Below, in pieces: positions 20,567 to 28,315 of a stretch of DNA of 39,942 nucleotides (its first letter is position 1; the number at the start of each line of letters is the position of its first letter). The DNA comes from Candidatus Thorarchaeota archaeon (lineage in GTDB: Archaea > Asgardarchaeota > Thorarchaeia > Thorarchaeales > Thorarchaeaceae), in assembly GCA_029855935.1 (NCBI GenBank), contig JAGSHN010000006.1, positions 1 to 39,942 on the forward strand. The letters are read 5' to 3'. Below the pieces are notes generated by a model. It did no database searches and was not told where the DNA came from. It saw only the letters and a list, made by a program, of their open reading frames with translations. The position numbers and the translations under genes are program-made.

Positions 20567-20641
20567 GCCGGTCTGGCGGAGTAGCTACGCGAGGGACTGC
20601 AGATCCCTTCTACAGGGGTGCAAATCCCCTGGCCGGCTCCA
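20567..20641 (+). tRNA. tRNA-Cys (anticodon GCA), intron-less, CCA encoded
   Basis: Acceptor stem GCCGGTC/GGCCGGC, anticodon arm AGGGA-CTGCAGA-TCCCT, T arm AGGGG-TGCAAAT-CCCCT, discriminator U73 then CCA. CTTAAAA box at 20527-20533. Confidence 0.95.
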
Positions 20642-20807
20642 CTTCTTCTCCCCTCACTCGCCGGTGCTTCAGTGGTAGGCTTATCCTCACAGAGAACTGC
20701 ATCTAGCGTCTGGACACAGCATCCCCCGTCCACCCTCCAGACAGAGCGGCGCCACCTTCCGCAACAGAGATGTAGAAGGTGACACCGTATTTGCAGAGTG
20801 GTGCGAC

Positions 20808-23036
20808 ATGGCCGAGCGTGTTCCTGAGATTGCCTTGCGGATCGTGACGGGGCTACACGCTGCGCGGCCCGGGCCTGCTGATGAAGACAGGCAAGAGATG
20901 TACACTGCAATGGAGGCAGTACGCATTGCGGCTCTGACCGGTGCCATGAGACAACGGGAGGAGAGGCCGTGTGACAGGCCGCCTCGGGAGTTTGTCCGGT
21001 TGTCCCGTATGGCGCAGATGGCCGGAGTGAGAAGTCAGGCCGTCCTCAGTCTTGCGGCACAACTGCTTGGTTCAGTCCCGTTCGCCAAGATTGCAGAGAG
21101 AGTGCGGAAACTGTCTCCACGGGAGTTCACCTACCTGCTCGGTACTCTCCATTACTACGGTACGCACATACTGCCACATGGTGATGCGCGTCCCCAGACG
21201 CTGAAGGGTCTCGGGTCGTTCTACACGCCTCCGCACGTCGCTGACTTCATTGTGCAGCTCACAATCGCTCCATTGTGGTCACGCCAGGCACCACAGATCA
21301 TCACGGGTGACCAGGAGGCGCTCCAGCATATTCTCAGCCTGAGAGTGCTGGACCCGGCGTGCGGCCCAGGCGCGTTTCTCGTCTCTGTGCTGGAACAGTT
21401 CATCGACTGGCTCAAGTCCCTCTGTGACGAGCCCACCGTTCGAACCCTGGTCGATGAGATGGGCGGAGTCTCTGTCGTCGCAGGCAGGCTTGCGCGCAGG
21501 CTATACGGTGTGGACCTTGACTTGGGCGCCCTCGAGGTGGCTGCACAGAGCCTCTCCATTCTGACGAGCCGCAGCGTGACCGCAGACGAGATACTGACCA
21601 GGACACTGAGACAGGGTGATGCACTCATCTCAAGGCACGGTCTTGACGGGGAGAGGGACTACAGTCACCTTCTGAGTGATGACGACGACTGGGTTCCCTT
21701 TGAATGGCGGGAGGAGTTTCCCGATGTCCTCCGAGATGGCGATGGCTTCGACGTGATCGTGATGAACCCGCCCTACGAGCGTCTGAGGCCGAATGTGGCC
21801 GAATTCCTCAGGGAACGCCTGGCCCTACGGCGGGCGACCAGGGGCGGGCCGGAGTTTCGGGAACACCGAGAGAGGCTGTTCAGGCTCGTCCGGTACTTCA
21901 GACGGTCGGGCGACTACAGGTTCACAAACAGATACACCATCGACACACACAGGCTGTTCATCGAGCGATCCCTTCGACTACTTAGAAACGGTGGTAGACT
22001 GGGCGTTGTCGTGCCGACAAGCATCCTCGGCGACCTCTCGGCCAGGCCGCTCAGGGAGCATCTCCTGCTTGAGAACCGGGTGGAGACCATCATCGAGTTC
22101 CCAGAGCGCGCCAGGTTGTTTCCTGATGTCACGCAGGGCGTGACGGTACTCGTGGTGGAGAAGGGAAACACAACAGAGACTCTTGAGGTGTACTGCGGCC
22201 TTGAGAACACTAGACAGCACAATGAGGTCCGTCCGCTGCGGCTCTCAGTTGAAGACATATTCAGAGTGACGGGGAAGTCTCTCAAGGTCCCCTGCGTGGC
22301 ACCGAACTCCTGGGCCACTGTACTGACGATTCACAGACAGCCCCCAATGCGTTCCCTTCACGGCCTGCGAGTCCTGCGTGGCGAGCTCGATCTGACCCTC
22401 GATCGCGAGTTCATTACGCGGACGCCCACGGGAACGCCTCTTGTGCGTGGTTCGGCCATCGAAAGGTTCGTACTCCGACCGCCAGACGACGACAAGTCGG
22501 AGTGGGTCTTGCTTCAAGACTTCGTCGCCTCGCGCAGCGCCTCGTCTAGGACTAGCGACATCTCCCGCGTTCGAATTGCCTGTCAGCAGGTCTCGAACCG
22601 CTCTCAACGCTGGAGGCTCAAGTTCGCTCTCGTTCCGACAGGCTGCGTGCTCGCGAACAGTGTCAACTATGTCACTGTCAGCAACGACAACGAGGCCACG
22701 TTGCTCTATCTTCTCGGCGTGCTCAACTCCACTCTCCTGAACTGGAGATTCAAGATGACAAGTACGAACAACCACGTCTCGATTGCTGAGCTTCAAGATC
22801 TCCCCCTTGTTCCCCTGGACGGCGGCAAGGACAGAACGAGGGAGCTGGCGCAGAGACTCATTGCCGAGGTGAGGACGCTTCTCTCCGCCCCCGGTAGACC
22901 CATCCATACTCTCGATGCCGTTGTGTTTGCACTATACGGCCTGGATGACAGACAAGCGAGGGATGTGCTCGAGTGCGAGGGAGCGACCGAGGAAGAGACA
23001 GAAGCGGTGATGAACGAACTGCGCGGCCTCGTCTGA
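20808..23036 (+). CDS. Gamma-class N6-adenine DNA methyltransferase (Alw26I/Eco31I/Esp3I-family-like)
   Basis: GSFYTP, motif I DPACGPGAFL, motif IV MNPPY, and a C-terminal TRD region (RIACQQVSN...VLANSVNY...LNSTLLNWRFK). Confidence 0.88.
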   Translation: MAERVPEIALRIVTGLHAARPGPADEDRQEMYTAMEAVRIAALTGAMRQREERPCDRPPREFVRLSRMAQMAGVRSQAVLSLAAQLLGSVPFAKIAERVRKLSPREFTYLLGTLHYYGTHILPHGDARPQTLKGLGSFYTPPHVADFIVQLTIAPLWSRQAPQIITGDQEALQHILSLRVLDPACGPGAFLVSVLEQFIDWLKSLCDEPTVRTLVDEMGGVSVVAGRLARRLYGVDLDLGALEVAAQSLSILTSRSVTADEILTRTLRQGDALISRHGLDGERDYSHLLSDDDDWVPFEWREEFPDVLRDGDGFDVIVMNPPYERLRPNVAEFLRERLALRRATRGGPEFREHRERLFRLVRYFRRSGDYRFTNRYTIDTHRLFIERSLRLLRNGGRLGVVVPTSILGDLSARPLREHLLLENRVETIIEFPERARLFPDVTQGVTVLVVEKGNTTETLEVYCGLENTRQHNEVRPLRLSVEDIFRVTGKSLKVPCVAPNSWATVLTIHRQPPMRSLHGLRVLRGELDLTLDREFITRTPTGTPLVRGSAIERFVLRPPDDDKSEWVLLQDFVASRSASSRTSDISRVRIACQQVSNRSQRWRLKFALVPTGCVLANSVNYVTVSNDNEATLLYLLGVLNSTLLNWRFKMTSTNNHVSIAELQDLPLVPLDGGKDRTRELAQRLIAEVRTLLSAPGRPIHTLDAVVFALYGLDDRQARDVLECEGATEEETEAVMNELRGLV

Positions 23037-23107
23037 GGCACGGCGTATTGCGCTCGCAATGCAAGGGATGAAAGCCGTCTGCCCTGTGGCCAAGACGGGC
23101 CCGTACC

Positions 23108-24349
23108 ATGTACGAGATCAGTCGACAGGCGGCTTACGAGGGAATCCCCCTAAGGAACGAGCGCAGCGACCTGTTGTTCAACCACGTCGCCCCCTCACTC
23201 AGCGTTCTCGACCTTGAGATGGTGCGATCAATACCGCCTGGCGGTAACTGGAAAGACATCCCACTCGGCGTGGCAAGACGCTCAGCCCGCGTGATGAGAA
23301 TCCGTCAACGCGGAGGACGCACCACCTACTATGGGCGTCTACGGCCGGACATGCCGGCGTACACGATAAACACGTACTTCCACAGGCCGGGAAATGGAAC
23401 GTTCATACACTATGCTCAGGATCGTACGATCTCGTATCGCGAGGCGGCTAGACTTCAGTCATTTCCTGACGACTACGTCTTCGTCGGTCCTCGGAACTCT
23501 CTCACCCGGCAGATAGGCAATGCTGTACCGCCGCTGATGGCCTATGCAGTGGGACGCCAGCTTCAAAGGGGTCGGACTGTGGACCTATTCGCGGGAGCAG
23601 GCGGTCTGTCGGAGGGGCTCTCGTACGCGGGACACAGCGTGATTGCCGCGTTCGACCACGTCCCAGCAATGTGCACAACCTACGCGTTGAATCATCCGGA
23701 CACCCAGGTACGCTGCGTCGACCTCGCGACTGAAACGGACTACAGAGGTGTGCTGGAGGCGGTGAACGAGGCGCTGCGTGGTCGCACACTGACGCTGCTC
23801 GCGGGCGGTCCACCCTGCCAAGGATTCTCCACTGCGGGCCTATGGGACTCTCGGGACCCGCGAAATCGGCTCATCCGTGTGATGCTACAGGCTGCACAGG
23901 ATCTGAGTCCGCTGCAGGTCGTCATCGAGAATGTGACTGGTCTGAAGTGGATGCTCGGAGGACAGATACTTGGGATGATCATTGAACGCCTCACCCAGCT
24001 CGGCTACCACGTGACATGCGAAACGCTTCGGGCGGAGGAGTACGGTGTTCCTCAACGTCGAAGACGAGTGTTCATAGTGGCCACCGAGTCTCCCGACGGA
24101 TGGTCAAGGCCAGAGCCGTGCTTTGCGGCGGTCCCGCGCGGAGCCACCTCGGTTCACCACCTCGGCGACGGACACCTCGAACCTCCTGTCACGGTCGAAG
24201 AGGCGATTAGTGATCTGCCGGGCCTCGTTGCTGGGGGCGGTGCAGACATAGTAGAGTACAACCGTTCTGCCACGTGGTCAGCGTACCAATGCTACTCGCG
24301 TGGCAGCCTCAGCCCCGAACGCTTTCTCAGAATTCGCGGGGGCCTGTGA
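23108..24349 (+). CDS. Circularly permuted C5-cytosine DNA methyltransferase
   Basis: Order is TRD, motif IX REAARLQSFPD, motif X QIGNAVPP, then I DLFAGAGG, IV GGPPCQGFS, VI ENV, VIII PQRRRR. Confidence 0.92.
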   Translation: MYEISRQAAYEGIPLRNERSDLLFNHVAPSLSVLDLEMVRSIPPGGNWKDIPLGVARRSARVMRIRQRGGRTTYYGRLRPDMPAYTINTYFHRPGNGTFIHYAQDRTISYREAARLQSFPDDYVFVGPRNSLTRQIGNAVPPLMAYAVGRQLQRGRTVDLFAGAGGLSEGLSYAGHSVIAAFDHVPAMCTTYALNHPDTQVRCVDLATETDYRGVLEAVNEALRGRTLTLLAGGPPCQGFSTAGLWDSRDPRNRLIRVMLQAAQDLSPLQVVIENVTGLKWMLGGQILGMIIERLTQLGYHVTCETLRAEEYGVPQRRRRVFIVATESPDGWSRPEPCFAAVPRGATSVHHLGDGHLEPPVTVEEAISDLPGLVAGGGADIVEYNRSATWSAYQCYSRGSLSPERFLRIRGGL

Positions 24350-24571
24350 CACTCTGGACAGCTGATCGCAAGGACACGTCTGCCAGATCTGGCGGCCACC
24401 TGACCAGACCAATGATCCCGGCAAGGGAAATGCCAGTCCCCCCTAGGCATTGCGGGACCCAATGACGCCGCATTGTCGAGATGTGTTCGTTATGAATAAC
24501 GATAAATTGGGAGGGGTAGCCACAGCGTTGTTGTCACTGCGGTCACTGAGCATTGGGACGGAGACACTGGC

Positions 24572-26269
24572 TTGATATCGTATGCAGCCCTCATGGACCT
24601 CCAAGGTCCGAAGACACTGGCGGAGCACTCGTTCGTCAAGAGACCTCCCGACCAGTCGTGGATAGACACAACGCTCGAACGCTTCTATGATAGGGTGGCC
24701 TCCGATGAGAGGGCGGACTTTGTTGAGGTCGGCGAAGAGCCACCGGAGGCCTGTGTGGCACGGGTAGATAGAACGTCGGTGGTTGTCGTCCTTGGCGATC
24801 AGTCAGGACTTGATGAGCACGATCTGCAGGGTGCCAAGGCCCTGCAGAAGGCTGTGAGCTGGCTCGCCGGCGATGGTTCAGTGCGTGCTGTCAGAGACGA
24901 CTTCAGCACTCTCGTCCGCAGGCACCTTGCACGTCCTGTGACATTCCTCGTCGTGACCCCTGACACGGTGGCAGGAGACAACCTCCCTGCGCGGGCGGTG
25001 TTGAATCTTGTCGGCGGGATTGGTCGTCAGACGGAGGAGCCCTTCGACGTTGGGCCCTACAGGGTCACCGTGATCCACAGGACATATGGGAATCTTGGCG
25101 TGTTCGTCGGCATTGAGAATCTCACAGGCTGTGCATTCGTGTCGAGCCCAGAGGTCGAGTTCTCGGAATACGATGCTGTCGTGGTCAACGCACGACGGAT
25201 GGGTCGTGTAGCGACAATGGTCATCCCCTGTTCTGACGACCAGCTGGAGAGAGCGCGCGAGCTTGAGGATCTGCTGGGAGTAGAGCTATGCGACTCAGTA
25301 TCAGAGAGTCCCACCGAGCTGGTACTGTCGATGATGAGCACAGCAATGCTCACGGACATGCATCCTGACCTGGCAAGAAGGAACTGGGTCATCGATGAGC
25401 GTCTCAAGGCCCTGGATGAAGCAGCAGAGGGTGCGCCGCGCGGGGGGCATCAGGCCTTCTTTGTCATCGACAGACTCACCGGCAAGCCCGTCTTCGCGTA
25501 CTACTATGAGGAACGCCAGAGCCTGATAGAACGGGTGCCGAACATCGTTGCTGCCGTCGCTTCCTTTGCCATGGGGGACCGGTCAGCTGAGAAGACATCT
25601 GTAGTCAGGACAGGGCAGTTCAACTACGTGACAATCGAGCATGGTAATCTTGTCTTCACTCTCGTGACGGCACACAGGACGGGGCTAGAAGAACTTCGCG
25701 AACGGTTCTCCACCCTCCCAGGTCTGTGGGACGAGGAGGGCCTAGATATCGATAATCCAGTCGCTCCAGACCCCTACGACTCGATTCCATTCACCCTCAA
25801 GCTGCTATCTCTGTTGCCGCCAAGGGACCTTCTCCCACGCACAGTCCCCGTCAGGGCCAGAGAACCAGCCTGGGAACGATTTAGAAACGAGCTCGTACGT
25901 GAGTTCCTAAAGACACTGTGGGCCAGTATCGACGGGGAGATTGATATCGGCCGGCTCACACAGGCCGCGGGCCTGCAGCTGGCTCTTGGTGGAATACATC
26001 TGCTCCACCGGCTGGGCGCTGTGAAACTGAGACTACGACTACGACCCGAGGATGTGCCCATCCTCTCAGGAGCGGTCCCACCGGACGTGCAGGCCGCGTA
26101 CTCGGAGCTGGACGATATCCTGAGGGAAATGAACGGTACACGGACGCTTGCGCAGATTGCAGAGAGCGTCAACATCGGAATCGATGTGCTCAACACGCTC
26201 GTCGTGCAACTCTATGAGCGCGGAGTCATCAGAATCAGGTTCGGTGATTCAGCCCAAAAAGCTTCATAG
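24572..26269 (+). CDS. Longin / degenerate (pseudo-)GTPase / longin / 2x winged-helix protein, paralog of the downstream gene
   Basis: Aligns by eye along its length with 26350..28299, starting MISYAALMD...LAEHSFVKRPPD versus MIHNVLLID...LARVRFWKIPFD. This supports the TTG start. The P-loop, DxxG and NKxD motifs are absent. Confidence 0.7.
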   Translation: MISYAALMDLQGPKTLAEHSFVKRPPDQSWIDTTLERFYDRVASDERADFVEVGEEPPEACVARVDRTSVVVVLGDQSGLDEHDLQGAKALQKAVSWLAGDGSVRAVRDDFSTLVRRHLARPVTFLVVTPDTVAGDNLPARAVLNLVGGIGRQTEEPFDVGPYRVTVIHRTYGNLGVFVGIENLTGCAFVSSPEVEFSEYDAVVVNARRMGRVATMVIPCSDDQLERARELEDLLGVELCDSVSESPTELVLSMMSTAMLTDMHPDLARRNWVIDERLKALDEAAEGAPRGGHQAFFVIDRLTGKPVFAYYYEERQSLIERVPNIVAAVASFAMGDRSAEKTSVVRTGQFNYVTIEHGNLVFTLVTAHRTGLEELRERFSTLPGLWDEEGLDIDNPVAPDPYDSIPFTLKLLSLLPPRDLLPRTVPVRAREPAWERFRNELVREFLKTLWASIDGEIDIGRLTQAAGLQLALGGIHLLHRLGAVKLRLRLRPEDVPILSGAVPPDVQAAYSELDDILREMNGTRTLAQIAESVNIGIDVLNTLVVQLYERGVIRIRFGDSAQKAS

Positions 26270-26349
26270 CCTTGTGCGCGAGCTGACATTACGGTTAGAA
26301 CGCACACAGAGTAGACATTATTAGGTCATATGGCGGAGCGGACCCCAGA

Positions 26350-28299
26350 ATGATACACAACGTGTTGCTCATCGACAGGAACACTGGAGAGATACTGGCC
26401 CGAGTCCGCTTCTGGAAGATCCCGTTCGACGAACATCACGTCAAGGAGTTCCTCATCGGATATGAGGACCTGCTCAATACAGAGGGTCTCGCCAAAGATA
26501 CCCCAATCTATGTCGGCGAGCACAAGGTGTTCCATCACACTGTCGGCGAGAACATGATACTGATCTTTGCGACTGACGGTCGTGACGAGGACCGCACGAT
26601 ACAGTACAAGGTCCGCGAGAGCGCTGCGCGAATCGAGACCGCACTGCGCGGTAACACAATGAGCTACATACGTGACAATCTCGATGACATCCTTGGCGAC
26701 CTCGTCTTCACGCACTTCAAGGTGTCCTTCGTGGGCCTTGGTGGCGTAGGCAAGAGCACGCTCCTCAGGCTGCTGTTCGGGAAGGAACCAGCACCCGGTG
26801 GCTACGTGCCGACGATAAATGTCGCCGTGGACTCCTCGGAGACAATTCAGTTCGGCACGTTCCTCGTCACCATATGGGACTTCGCCGGACAGGCCGTCTT
26901 CCACGACCTCTGGGGATTCTATTTCCAGGGCACCGATGTCATCTTCCTCGTCACAGACAGCAGCTTCAGAAATGTGATGCAGACCAAGACGCTGATGCGG
27001 AACATCCGCAAGGAGGCCCCTGCAGTCCCACTGTTCATAATTGCAAACAAGCAGGACCTGCCCGAGTCAATGCGCGCGGACAAGATACAGAGACTCCTCG
27101 GTGCGCCCACATTCCCGATGGTGGCCACCGACAAGTCTCGACGGGAGGAGTTCATCAGGTTCATGCTTGAGGTGGCAGCAAAGACCGTTGGAGTTGAGCT
27201 GCCAGACCGACCGCTCAGCGAGATGGTGACAGTACGCCGCAGGACAGAGGATGTCTTTCCAGATCAGGCTGCCCCACGACCCCCACAGCAGCGGGGCTTT
27301 GAGACCGTGCCCTACGAGGAGCCCTCACCGTCGGCCGGAGTGACACCGGCACAGAAACAACCCGCACAGGGAGAGGAGGCCGGGGTACAGGTAGCCAGTG
27401 AGGGTGAGGCTGGTGCTCAGGCCAGACCAACGCCCGTTGGCCCAACAGAGAGGGCGAAACTGCTACATCTCATACTGCTGGTACCACAGCACGGCATACC
27501 TCACATCGCGCTTGACCTCAACTACAGTGACGAGCAACCTGTCGAGGGTAACACGGTGGCGTCGCTGATCTCAGCACTTGACTCATTCTCGGGCATCGAT
27601 GCGGCTGCTGATGGGAGTGGCGCCAAGACCGACGCCCTTGAGACCATCCAGCACGAGGGCAACCTGATAATGGTGGAGAAGTCCCGACACTTCATCCTCG
27701 GGCTGACTGTAACCAACAATTCCGAGGAGGAGGAACAGCGGAAAATAATGGCAAGCATTCTAGTGGACCTTGAACAGAAGTATGCCGATGTCTGGGACAG
27801 CTGGGATGGGGATGCGTCTGTCTTCGAGCCCGCAGTATTTCAAATCCTGTCGCACTTCCCGCTGTGTGAGGTGGGCTTTGACTACCTCGTGAGGCCTCGT
27901 GAGGCCGGAAAGCCGTTGCCCTTCAAGAACCGCGAGGTGGGACGCGCACTGGTCACCGTCCAGAGCGCAGTCGACGGCTCGACGACTGTGGGTGGTCTTG
28001 TGCGTTCGATAGATCTCCCGCGCGAGGTCGTCATAGGTAGCCTTCAGATACTTGTCAAGTTCGACTGGATTGACTTTCAAGTGGAGATAGGTCCCAAGAC
28101 CATTCTGCGCAAGAAGCGTGACGTGGACTCTGAGTTGAGAAAGATCTACGGTGATGCCGTGGTCAAGTTCGTGGACCTGTGCGATGGTACACTCTCGCTT
28201 GAGGACGTTGTGCGCAAGATTCCCAATGTGAGTCTGTCGCCAATGAGATTCGTGGCCACGAAGCTGGTACTTGGCGGAATTCTTGAGATTGTCGCCTGA
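26350..28299 (+). CDS. Longin / Arf-like small GTPase / longin / 2x winged-helix protein
   Basis: G1 GLGGVGKST, G2 YVPT, G3 WDFAGQ, G4 NKQD, G5 VAT. Flanking longin-type domains, a low-complexity linker, and two VDG/CDG-initiated wHTH repeats. Confidence 0.88.
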   Translation: MIHNVLLIDRNTGEILARVRFWKIPFDEHHVKEFLIGYEDLLNTEGLAKDTPIYVGEHKVFHHTVGENMILIFATDGRDEDRTIQYKVRESAARIETALRGNTMSYIRDNLDDILGDLVFTHFKVSFVGLGGVGKSTLLRLLFGKEPAPGGYVPTINVAVDSSETIQFGTFLVTIWDFAGQAVFHDLWGFYFQGTDVIFLVTDSSFRNVMQTKTLMRNIRKEAPAVPLFIIANKQDLPESMRADKIQRLLGAPTFPMVATDKSRREEFIRFMLEVAAKTVGVELPDRPLSEMVTVRRRTEDVFPDQAAPRPPQQRGFETVPYEEPSPSAGVTPAQKQPAQGEEAGVQVASEGEAGAQARPTPVGPTERAKLLHLILLVPQHGIPHIALDLNYSDEQPVEGNTVASLISALDSFSGIDAAADGSGAKTDALETIQHEGNLIMVEKSRHFILGLTVTNNSEEEEQRKIMASILVDLEQKYADVWDSWDGDASVFEPAVFQILSHFPLCEVGFDYLVRPREAGKPLPFKNREVGRALVTVQSAVDGSTTVGGLVRSIDLPREVVIGSLQILVKFDWIDFQVEIGPKTILRKKRDVDSELRKIYGDAVVKFVDLCDGTLSLEDVVRKIPNVSLSPMRFVATKLVLGGILEIVA

Positions 28300-28315
28300 C
28301 GGCACGTGAGAACTG

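Noticed and set aside
23037-23107. Fusion of the two methyltransferases into one polypeptide
   Set aside because: They are in different frames, and there is a TGA at 23069 in the m5C frame upstream of its ATG.
20615-24571. Integrated element with an att duplication of the tRNA 3' end
   Set aside because: I found no second copy of AATCCCCTGGCCGGCTCCA and no integrase in the window.
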